Assembly: GCA_030602805.1 (NCBI GenBank)
Contig: JAUVZA010000001.1
Location: 2,426 to 66,425 of the forward strand
Origin: Dehalococcoidia bacterium
GTDB taxonomy: Bacteria > Chloroflexota > Dehalococcoidia > Dehalococcoidales > JAUVZA01
Length of the DNA: 64,000 bases
Reading direction: 5' to 3'
The notes beneath the pieces were generated by a model. It saw only the letters and a program-made list of their open reading frames with translations, was not told the origin of the DNA and did no database searches. Positions 29,164 through 37,251 of the stretch are shown here, piece after piece. The position numbers and the translations under genes are program-made. Numbering within the stretch: position 1 is the stretch's first letter; each line of letters opens with the position of its first letter.

Positions 29164-31248
29164 TTATTTTTCCTCTACTTGGGGCTGAATGGGAAGACTC
29201 AAGATTATAGCAGTTCCATCCCCTTCGCTTGTCTTTATCCTGATACCCCCTCCCAGCATCTCTGCCCTCTGTTTCATACCCAGCAAGCCCATATGTCTCA
29301 CAGATGTGGCGCTATCCAGCGTGTGAGAGAGGTCAAAACCCTTGCCATTGTCACGAACCTCAACCAAGAGTTTATCCGTCTGGAACTGCAAGCGGAGATT
29401 TACCCTGGTAGCGCTAGCGTGCTTTCGGATGTTAGTAAGAGCTTCCTGAACTGCACGGTAAACAGTTATCTCCGCGTTTGACGGCAGTCGGACCGGTGTG
29501 CCCACTTCACTAAAATGGCAATCCATGCCATCAGTCTTCAATTCTTCAAGGCTCTGCCGCAGGGCATGGCTAAGCCCCAGTTCATCCAAAGCGGGTGGGC
29601 GGAGTCCAGTTAGCACCCGACGCAGTTCCTTGAGGCTCTTATCAATGGTGCTTTCCATAGCAGCCAGTTCACCTCGAGCTTCATCGCTATCACTTCCCGA
29701 GAGAAGAGCATCAACGGTCTGAGCACGATATGAAGCGCCAGCTAGCCATTGGGCAACGCTGTCATGGAGGTCGCCGGAAATCCTCTGCCGCTCCTCCTCC
29801 TGGGCATGAATTGCCTCCGCCAGGAGCCGCTCCATTTGTAGCTGTTGTTTTTTGAGGCTATCAAGCATCTTGGCATTTTCTATCATGATGCCGGCTTGGC
29901 TTGCCAGGCTCATTACCAACTCTATGTCCTCTTGAGAGTAGAGAGCTTTTGATTGCTTTTTACCTAGGGCTAAAATGCCAATTAGCTTGCCCCGGCTCTT
30001 AATAGGATACAGAAGTTCTAAATTAGAAGCAACTAATTTCTCCCTTTCTGTCTGCCACAATCCCTTAAATTGGGGAATACTATCAATTTGCTTTAGGTCT
30101 AGGGGGCTAGTTGCTTTCTCCAGCCAAGCGACAATAGGGTTATCAAGATTAAATCTAGGTTCACCCCTTAATTTAGCTTTTACCTTTGGATAAGTAAATT
30201 GCGTGGTGAAATCACCACTGCTAATATCTTCAAATAATAATTTGGCTTGTGGGGTGCGTAGAGCCTTAACTATTGTGGATAACATTTCATCAGCCAGTTC
30301 ATTTAGGTTAATGATGTTGCCCATTTTACTGCTGAAACTGAGTAGTGCTTGGCGATAAGAATAGGTTTTCCGATAAAATAATTGGTCTACCATTCCCAAA
30401 AAGATGGGGCGTAGCCAGTAAACAAGTAGCGCTACCACAGCTGCAGACAATGTAGCTAAAGCCAAGGTAATAGCTTTTAGCTCAAAACCACCCAGCAAAT
30501 TAGCAAGGAAGAAAACAAGCAGATAAGCACCAGTGCCTATAGCAAGCAAACTTACCCATCCCAAACCACGGCGCAGAACGGAGTTCATACTTACCAGCTC
30601 GTGTTTCATCACGGCATAGGCTAAAATACAAGCAGAAAAAAGAGCACCAACATGGACCCAAGGGAGTCCCCCGGCCAGAGCCAGAGGAGTAATGCCGACA
30701 AAACCAAAGATGACAAGTAGACCTACGGCTGCAATCAGATAAGAGATTTTATTGCGCTCCCTAGGGTCAGTCAAAATCCTGAGCCTTTGCACTAGAGAGT
30801 ACACACACAGGCTAGCTAGGATAACCAGGGGAGCAACGTATAGAATAAACCACCACCCATAACTAGGACTGACGAATGTACCACCCTCGAGAATGATGCT
30901 TGGTGGTGCGTAACCCAGGACAGCCAGAGTCGTCAGTAGTGCTAGTGACGCATAGCCAAACCACACGCCAAAGCCACCTGGCAGGTGAAGGAAGGACCTG
31001 GCAAAATGATAGAGTTGCACGACCCACCACATAGAGCTAACGATGACGAGCCGAAACAAAAGGAGCTTATACTCTATAAGGAAGTTGCTAAGGAGGAGGA
31101 AGTTGCTGAAGCCCCACAGCGTAGCCGCCGCCAAGTACAGGACAAAAAGCTTGTGCTGTTTCTGCCACGGGCGGTTGATAATTACGACCAGAAACAATGA
31201 GACGTAAATAAGCGTTGCGATTAAAGGTATTAAATAATGAATCGCCAT
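29164..31248 (-). CDS. Sensor histidine kinase (multi-TM N-terminus, GAF-like region, HisKA_3, HATPase_c)
   Basis: 694 aa. About 7 N-terminal TM helices, the H-box RISGDLHDSVAQWL, and N/G boxes in the C-terminal ATPase. Confidence 0.85.
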   Translation of the reverse strand: MAIHYLIPLIATLIYVSLFLVVIINRPWQKQHKLFVLYLAAATLWGFSNFLLLSNFLIEYKLLLFRLVIVSSMWWVVQLYHFARSFLHLPGGFGVWFGYASLALLTTLAVLGYAPPSIILEGGTFVSPSYGWWFILYVAPLVILASLCVYSLVQRLRILTDPRERNKISYLIAAVGLLVIFGFVGITPLALAGGLPWVHVGALFSACILAYAVMKHELVSMNSVLRRGLGWVSLLAIGTGAYLLVFFLANLLGGFELKAITLALATLSAAVVALLVYWLRPIFLGMVDQLFYRKTYSYRQALLSFSSKMGNIINLNELADEMLSTIVKALRTPQAKLLFEDISSGDFTTQFTYPKVKAKLRGEPRFNLDNPIVAWLEKATSPLDLKQIDSIPQFKGLWQTEREKLVASNLELLYPIKSRGKLIGILALGKKQSKALYSQEDIELVMSLASQAGIMIENAKMLDSLKKQQLQMERLLAEAIHAQEEERQRISGDLHDSVAQWLAGASYRAQTVDALLSGSDSDEARGELAAMESTIDKSLKELRRVLTGLRPPALDELGLSHALRQSLEELKTDGMDCHFSEVGTPVRLPSNAEITVYRAVQEALTNIRKHASATRVNLRLQFQTDKLLVEVRDNGKGFDLSHTLDSATSVRHMGLLGMKQRAEMLGGGIRIKTSEGDGTAIILSLPIQPQVEEK

Positions 31249-31379
31249 CTGAAGCCTCGTATCTATTACACCTACCTAATTATGTAGGTAGCTTCAGAAG
31301 TTGTCAAGGGAGCGTAAAGTTTCTATAAATATCCGACAGTCCATGTAGACGTCTATTATTATATTTTACTGGTTATTGA

Positions 31380-32072
31380 CTATATTTTAATTGAAGTAAC
31401 GAGAAGGTCTCGATTATTTGTATAGGCTTCCTTCACAGAAATTATTCTAAAGCCAGCTTTTGATAGTTTTTCTTTTAGTTCGCTTTCACTCCAATAATGA
31501 TAAATGCCAGACCCTTGTCTCTTACCTAATACTACATTGAATAAACCAAGAACAAATAAGTGATAGAAGACATCAATAGCTTCTCCCCATCCACCTCTAT
31601 TCATAGCTTCCTTTATAACAGGCATTATTTCAATTGGCTGTTGCAATTCTGATAAAACAAATTGACCGTTTGGACGCAATATCCTGTAATATTCCTTTAT
31701 AACCAGTTCTGGATCTCTCATGGTGTATAGAGTATGAACAGAAATTATTCCTTCAAAGTAGTTATCAGGAAATGCTAGCTCTTTTTCTAAATCTAATTTA
31801 AGTAATTCTATATTTTTAATACCGGCATTTTTCTTTTTCTCCTTAGCTCTTTTAAGCATACCTTCTGTATAATCTATTCCCACAACATCATAACCTCTTT
31901 TAGCCAAAGCTATAGAAAAATTGCCAGTACCACACCCAGCATCTAATATTATGCCTTTATCAGAATATTTACTGACTTCCTCAACTACCTGCTCTAGAAG
32001 TTTTTGATAAGGTTGGAAGTGATTAGGCAGAGAGTCGTATACAGTGGCGTATAAATCCCAAAAGCTAACCAT
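31380..32072 (-). CDS. Class I SAM-dependent methyltransferase
   Basis: 230 aa. Motif I ILDAGCGTGNF. The gene is markedly AT-rich (about 33% GC by hand count, against about 50% in the flanks). Confidence 0.8.
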   Translation of the reverse strand: MVSFWDLYATVYDSLPNHFQPYQKLLEQVVEEVSKYSDKGIILDAGCGTGNFSIALAKRGYDVVGIDYTEGMLKRAKEKKKNAGIKNIELLKLDLEKELAFPDNYFEGIISVHTLYTMRDPELVIKEYYRILRPNGQFVLSELQQPIEIMPVIKEAMNRGGWGEAIDVFYHLFVLGLFNVVLGKRQGSGIYHYWSESELKEKLSKAGFRIISVKEAYTNNRDLLVTSIKI

Positions 32073-32223
32073 GTTATTCCTCTAACAAGTTATTAGCCCA
32101 TTATCCACTTCTCCATCGTTACTCTCGGAGAGAAACTGGTAACCAAACTTGGACGACAGCTTTGGTGCTATGAGAACATCGGCCTCTCTATTAGGTTTCC
32201 GTCATATCATATGCAGTTCAGGA

Positions 32224-33888
32224 CTATCGGCCAATCATAACTTTGTCCTTAACCGCAACCCCCACCTTAGGCACAGCTCCCGTTTTAGCTTCCAATAAGG
32301 AAAGCACCTTGTCCGAAGGGTTAATATGGGACGGCTTCAGGTGTGCCAGCTCAGCCCCTTCAGCTTGCCGCTGATTTTTATAATTAGTAAAGACCCCCGT
32401 GGGTAACAGAGTAACCTCTATCGGTTTGAATCCAATCAGCCTCTCCAAGCTTGCCAGGTCTTTGTAAATGTATAGGCCATCCTCTAATTTCTTGATTTGC
32501 TCATATACTGCTATAGCCACATCTTCCTCTGTGGCAATATGATTATCATTGAGTTCAAGATAGAGATGTAGCTTCGCTGTTTCCCCGACTTCTTTGCGCG
32601 CTGTCCAGTCCCGGTAAGGTATTTTAGTGTTCTCAATTGCCTGCCAGATTACCCTTTCTGTTAATCGCATAAAGCCTAGGTCAATGAGATCATCGGCCCG
32701 TCTCTCGAAAACCATCTGGGGTATATCAATGTTCAGTTTTTCGTTTCGTAGCGCTGTTATCCTAATCATATCTCCGACTCTATACCTGACCATAGCGCCG
32801 CCATGGAAGTTAGTGATAACCAATTCGTAGTTCTCCCCCGCTTTCACCTCATCTAACAGGACTGTCTTCGGCTGATAGCTATGGTTAAGTTGCCACTTAA
32901 AGTGTTCCTTTTCCGGTATAAACTCAAGGAAATTAAGGTTGGGGAAAAAGACCATGCCATCATAGTCCCAGGTTTGCGTGGCGATAACCGCGGTTTCGCT
33001 ATTGCCATATACCTCCAGAGGAGCTCTGCCCCACAAATCCTTGATTCTCTCCTTGTAAATCGTACAATCCGTTCCCATAGAGGCTATTATCTTTAATGTC
33101 CATAAATCCTTGGGTAACATGGGGCGCCTGGCCAGCTTACTTTTAATCAAGCCTTTAGCCAGCCGAGATAGCATCTTTGGCTGTGACAGTAACTGAGAAA
33201 ACTTCGTGTTTCCCGAGCCCTGCCTGAATTTTTCGCCAATGCCCACTAATACGCCAGCCAAGCCAAAAAAGCCAGCCATACCTTCAGACAAAGCCAGCCT
33301 AAAACCTTTATCTACTCTCTCCTCAAAGGACATTCCTTCCGATTCACGAAGGGATGGCAAAAACTCCCAGCCCAGCTCCTCTTCCATCTTATAGGCTATG
33401 GTGCCGGTTAGACAAAGTATCTGGGCCATAGCACGCAGCATCTTGTCGCCATTCTTATAAGGGATATCCCCCCTTTCTTTACAGGCAGCGAAAAGCGCTA
33501 TGGCGCTGAAATTTTGTCCTGCCTCTTGCCAGAATCTTTGGCTGACGGGCACCCATTTATGCGGATATTCACCTGATCTGCCTGAAGTTTGCACCCACAG
33601 AATGGGCTTCGTTGGCAGGGTATCCTCACGCTGTTCCAGAAGAACCGGGCAGTAGTCGGCATAGGTAGTCATTGGCACCTGCTCTCGGAATTCCTCCACG
33701 GTATAAGGATTAGCTCCGTTCACGATATACCGGCCCAGTTCGCATCTCTTTAGTAGCTCTAGCTGCTCCAGTAGTAACCGCTTCTGGATAGCCATAAACT
33801 CGTCCATGCTGAGATCAATGAAACCACAACACCTTTGCCATAGCTCTTCAGTCTTGCCTTCCCTCAGAAGTTCAGCTGCTCTTGACAT
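32224..33888 (-). CDS. GH3-family (acyl-acid amido synthetase-like) protein
   Basis: Length and motif pattern (WVQTSGRSGEYPHKWVPVS, later YRVGD) resemble bacterial GH3 auxin-responsive-promoter family proteins. Start set at Met61 (33888), with GGAGG 7 nt upstream. Confidence 0.65.
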   Translation of the reverse strand: MSRAAELLREGKTEELWQRCCGFIDLSMDEFMAIQKRLLLEQLELLKRCELGRYIVNGANPYTVEEFREQVPMTTYADYCPVLLEQREDTLPTKPILWVQTSGRSGEYPHKWVPVSQRFWQEAGQNFSAIALFAACKERGDIPYKNGDKMLRAMAQILCLTGTIAYKMEEELGWEFLPSLRESEGMSFEERVDKGFRLALSEGMAGFFGLAGVLVGIGEKFRQGSGNTKFSQLLSQPKMLSRLAKGLIKSKLARRPMLPKDLWTLKIIASMGTDCTIYKERIKDLWGRAPLEVYGNSETAVIATQTWDYDGMVFFPNLNFLEFIPEKEHFKWQLNHSYQPKTVLLDEVKAGENYELVITNFHGGAMVRYRVGDMIRITALRNEKLNIDIPQMVFERRADDLIDLGFMRLTERVIWQAIENTKIPYRDWTARKEVGETAKLHLYLELNDNHIATEEDVAIAVYEQIKKLEDGLYIYKDLASLERLIGFKPIEVTLLPTGVFTNYKNQRQAEGAELAHLKPSHINPSDKVLSLLEAKTGAVPKVGVAVKDKVMIGR

Positions 33889-34036
33889 GTAACCACCTCC
33901 CAAGCTTAAAGTTCGGCTAGAAAAACTATGACACCTATTGGTTAGCTTGGGAAGTGATTGTGTTCTAGAAGATAGTTCTATTAGATAGGAATAGTTGGTT
34001 AGAAATGAGGCTGTATGAGGGTTAATAGAGGCTTGA

Positions 34037-34360
34037 TTAGAGGTTTTTAGCTTTGCTACCAGAGCCACCGAGGGCTTGTAGTTTCTGGCTTAATTCTTCA
34101 AAGGTTTTATCCTTTGGTTGCTTACCTAGTTCTAGTCCATAGCTAATAAAGAACTCAAGGAAATTTCGTAACAGCTCCCTTGTTCCCTGCTGGAACTGAT
34201 TGAATTCTTCCTTGGTTATATAGTTTTGCTTCCCGGAGTCTTCCTTCAAACAGCTATCAATAAGAAAGTTAAGAAAGTCCGAACGGTTCATATCACCACG
34301 ATTTTCATCTACTTTCCTTACCACCTCGGCATCAACTATTAGCATCCTTTTCTCTGGCAT
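34037..34360 (-). CDS. Hypothetical protein with an RHH-like N-terminus
   Basis: 107 aa. The MLIVDAEVVRKVDE..G.MNRSDFLNFLI pattern resembles CopG/RHH. It shares a YITKEEF motif with the tail of 56808-57596. Confidence 0.4.
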   Translation of the reverse strand: MPEKRMLIVDAEVVRKVDENRGDMNRSDFLNFLIDSCLKEDSGKQNYITKEEFNQFQQGTRELLRNFLEFFISYGLELGKQPKDKTFEELSQKLQALGGSGSKAKNL

Positions 34361-34457
34361 GGAACACTCCTTTTATAATTTGTTGCAAACAAAGAGAAAC
34401 CTGAGGAATCCGCTTCCTCAGGTTACCCACAGACCGACAAACTGTTAAAATTAGCTT

Positions 34458-34730
34458 TCATCTGTCAAGCCAACCAAGCATCTCGGTTACACCATCTATA
34501 CTTTTAAGCAACTTCAAACCCAAGTCAGTCACTTGATAGGTTACTGCTGGATTACCCACCTTGACTTTATTGATAAAGCCTCGGCTCATTAGAAAGCCAA
34601 GATACTTTTGTATTTGGCTATAGCTCATATTGGCGCTGTACATAATCTCTGTCTTGCCAGCACCGTTCTCCCCCACCCTCAGCATGTCAGCTATAATCTC
34701 TATGTTAGACCTTCTATTGTTCATCTTCAT
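34458..34730 (-). CDS. Small winged-helix DNA-binding protein
   Basis: 90 aa. The IEIIADML......KTEIMYSANMSYSQIQKYLGFL..RGFI pattern is typical of archaeal-type wHTH regulators. Confidence 0.6.
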   Translation of the reverse strand: MKMNNRRSNIEIIADMLRVGENGAGKTEIMYSANMSYSQIQKYLGFLMSRGFINKVKVGNPAVTYQVTDLGLKLLKSIDGVTEMLGWLDR

Positions 34731-34989
34731 CCCTGCTTCTCCCTCCCGTGTCCTATTGTTTCAAGTTTTTATTTAATACCCTGGGCACTAACTTCCACTG
34801 CCCCATCTTGACCCAAAGGGTTCAGATTAATGAGCCTAAAGGTTCACAAAATACTATAATACTTTACCTTTTGGCAATTTGTCAAGAGAACGATTTAAAT
34901 CATCTAATATGTAAACAATGTTTATCAATTTTATGAGGGGGTGCTTGCTTTACTAAGAACCTCTACTCCGTTTCCTTAGTGCCCATTGA

Positions 34990-35808
34990 TTAGCTTGCTC
35001 TCAGCTCGGCTGATTCTAATTGTTTGGCTGTGCTAGTCTGCTTTAGGGTTACCAGGAACTTTTTCCTGGGACGGACCCTTAGTTTGGCTATGGATTTTTG
35101 GGGAAAGCTAAAGGAGTCGCGTTTTGCCGCTGGCTGTTCTTCCACCTCTTCTACATCGGGCATCTTTACCAGCCTATCTAACATATCTATAAATGGAGTG
35201 ACCTTTCGTAGCCTTACAGTAATAGTGGTGCCCTTATCCCAGGAGCCAACTTGTTGCACGATGGTTGCCTCGAGCGCCTCTTCCACTTGGTAAGCGAATC
35301 TTAGTAACCGAGCTGCATCAATAGGCGGAAGTATAACTAACTCTGCCTCTTTAACCAAGGTGCCGGAGCTATCGCCTCCCTGCGGCAGGTATTCTGACCC
35401 TCCTTCCACACCTTGGAGTGTGAAACGCTCATCAATAACTAATTCCCCGTTGTAAACTCTCCTAATAGCCTGGGCAAGCTCTTGGCGCTTTATGTCTTTA
35501 AGAAGGTAGCCTACTGCCCCAGCTTCCAGAGCCTCAGCCAGACAGTCCTCACACAAGGTTAGCATAATAATTTTAGAAGGCGTCCGTTTTTGGCAATAGC
35601 GGCGAGTAGCCTCAATTCCGCCCATGCCTGGCATCTCGGCTTCCATAAGGATGATGTTTGGTGAGAGTATTTCCGTCTGGCGCAAGGCTTCCTCAGCAGA
35701 GGAGCAATCGCCTATGATTTCCATATCTTCTTCCTGCTCCAGCATACCTCTCACCCCACGGCGAACAATCTCATAGCTATCAACTAAGAGTACTCGGATT
35801 TCCTTCAT
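34990..35808 (-). CDS. Response regulator: receiver domain plus C-terminal 'GSW' domain (paralog of 27476-28291)
   Basis: REC domain followed by AELVILPPIDAARLLRF...GSWDKGTTITVRLRKVTPF...KFLVTLK. Start moved to Met13 (35808), which has a GGGAG RBS. Confidence 0.8.
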   Translation of the reverse strand: MKEIRVLLVDSYEIVRRGVRGMLEQEEDMEIIGDCSSAEEALRQTEILSPNIILMEAEMPGMGGIEATRRYCQKRTPSKIIMLTLCEDCLAEALEAGAVGYLLKDIKRQELAQAIRRVYNGELVIDERFTLQGVEGGSEYLPQGGDSSGTLVKEAELVILPPIDAARLLRFAYQVEEALEATIVQQVGSWDKGTTITVRLRKVTPFIDMLDRLVKMPDVEEVEEQPAAKRDSFSFPQKSIAKLRVRPRKKFLVTLKQTSTAKQLESAELRAS

Positions 35809-36075
35809 AATTTTTTGCTCCCTATCTTTGATATTACTGAGCAAGAGCAGGAATTGGTACAGATGGTTGATAAAAAATAGCTTTTGATACTTTGGGCACT
35901 TGACCTGTGCCCCATATAGTTTAGACTCAGCTATAGTATCCTACGGCTTCCAGCGGGGATAAATAGCCCATTAGTAACTTTATGCCTAGGTAATTAGTCC
36001 TATTGGCTTGTTCTGAGAAAGTGCTCAAAGGGAGCTTTGTTAGGTGGAGCCTTAATTGTATTTGCCGCTATCCCA

Positions 36076-36795
36076 TCAGTTTTGGGGATAGGTTAGTGGA
36101 TAGGTTAGTGGCTGGAGTTCTTCGGTTGAAATCCAGCCATAGCGTATGGCTAAGACCACAGCGTGGGCTCTATCATTAGCATTTAGCTTACGGAGGATGT
36201 TACTAACATGATTCTTAATTGTCTGCTCACTGATTTGCAGAATATGGGCGATTTGCTTATTTGAGTTGCCGTTGGCAATGTAGTTCAGAATCTGTGTTTC
36301 CCTGGAGGTGAGGGAAACAACTATAGTATCCATAGTTTTCCCATTGATATTATGTATGCTTCGGAATTGTTTTAATACATGCTCAGCAACCTTAGGTCTG
36401 GCTAAGACGCTGTCATTTATAGGGTAATCACCACGGGCGACTTGTCTTATGCTCTTGGTCAGCTCTTTGGCAGTGATGCTCTTATCTAAGTAGTCTGCAG
36501 CTCCGGCCTTGATAATCTCAAAAAGCTGCTTGTCATCAGGCCTATAAGTTAGTATTATTACCTTGGTAGTTGGGCAGTGTAGGGCAATTTCTCGCGCTAG
36601 TTCAAGGCCTCGGAGGGAAGGATAGTCAATATCCAGTAGCAGCACATTGGGAGAGTTAGCTTCAATTAGGGCTATTGGGTTCTCACTTGGGGCACTATCA
36701 AATACCTCGAAGTCAGGTTGTTGGGACAAGGCGTGGCGCACCCCAACTCTAAAAAGAGCCTGTTTATCAACTATGGTTACTACTATTTTGTCCAT
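36076..36795 (-). CDS. Atypical receiver + LuxR-HTH regulator
   Basis: 239 aa. The REC-like domain has a reduced acidic pocket (IVDKQ). The HTH is LTSRETQILNYIANGNSNKQIAHILQISEQTIKNHV. The C-terminal duplication PLTYPLTYP is encoded by a 12-bp direct repeat. Confidence 0.8.
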   Translation of the reverse strand: MDKIVVTIVDKQALFRVGVRHALSQQPDFEVFDSAPSENPIALIEANSPNVLLLDIDYPSLRGLELAREIALHCPTTKVIILTYRPDDKQLFEIIKAGAADYLDKSITAKELTKSIRQVARGDYPINDSVLARPKVAEHVLKQFRSIHNINGKTMDTIVVSLTSRETQILNYIANGNSNKQIAHILQISEQTIKNHVSNILRKLNANDRAHAVVLAIRYGWISTEELQPLTYPLTYPQN

Positions 36796-36860
36796 CTAAT
36801 CATCTCTGGTAGTAGTTAGCTTTGTTAAGACAAAAATGCCAGCAAATGCCAGCTGGCTAT

Positions 36861-36890
36861 ATTATAAACCACCAAATAGCTATTTGTCAA
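36861..36890 (-). promoter_or_regulatory. Consensus sigma-70 promoter for 36076-36795
   Basis: On the minus strand this reads TTGACA (36890-36885)-N18-TATAAT (36866-36861). Both hexamers match the consensus perfectly. Confidence 0.6.
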
Positions 36891-36891
36891 T

Positions 36892-36929
36892 AAGTTATCG
36901 AAAAGTTATCGAAAAGTTATCGAAAAGTT
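36892..36929. repeat. 3.5 tandem copies of the 11-bp unit AAGTTATCGAA
   Basis: The perfect repeats were indexed base by base. They sit immediately upstream of the -35 box of the 36861-36890 promoter, in a divergent intergenic region. Confidence 0.9.
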
Positions 36930-37112
36930 TGTTTAATTCAACTAGCATCACTTCTTCCAATATAAGTTTCGGCTACCAGTTGACAAATTTTATGTGAACC
37001 TGTATTCTGAAATTAGATTTAGTTGTCCCAACTTTTCTGAAGGTACAAAATATGTATATACTCAATAGGCTCACCCGAAGAGGCTACTACCAGAAGATAC
37101 CATTCCTGTCTG

Positions 37113-37160
37113 AAATCACCCATTTGCAGGATTGCTTAATAAAGGAGACACCCCTATAAT
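37113..37160 (+). promoter_or_regulatory. Promoter module P1 of the pilus operon: 23-nt conserved box + TTGCTT-N17-TATAAT
   Basis: AAATCACCCATTTGCAGGATTGC (37113-37135) is 23/23 identical to the reverse complement of 48176-48198. Its 3' end forms the -35 hexamer, and the -10 box is at 37155-37160. Confidence 0.55.
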
Positions 37161-37183
37161 TTAGCGGGGATTGGATTAACTTT

Positions 37184-37212
37184 TTGACATTTGCCATTTG
37201 GCAAATTATAAT
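37184..37212 (+). promoter_or_regulatory. Promoter P2 (perfect TTGACA-N17-TATAAT) with an 18-bp palindromic operator in the spacer
   Basis: TTGACA at 37184-37189 and TATAAT at 37207-37212. The perfect palindrome ATTTGCCA-TT-TGGCAAAT occupies 37189-37206. The promoter lies 40 nt upstream of ATG 37252. Confidence 0.65.
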
Positions 37213-37251
37213 TTAATCATGGAGTAATAAATTAAAGGTGGGTTAATTCTA

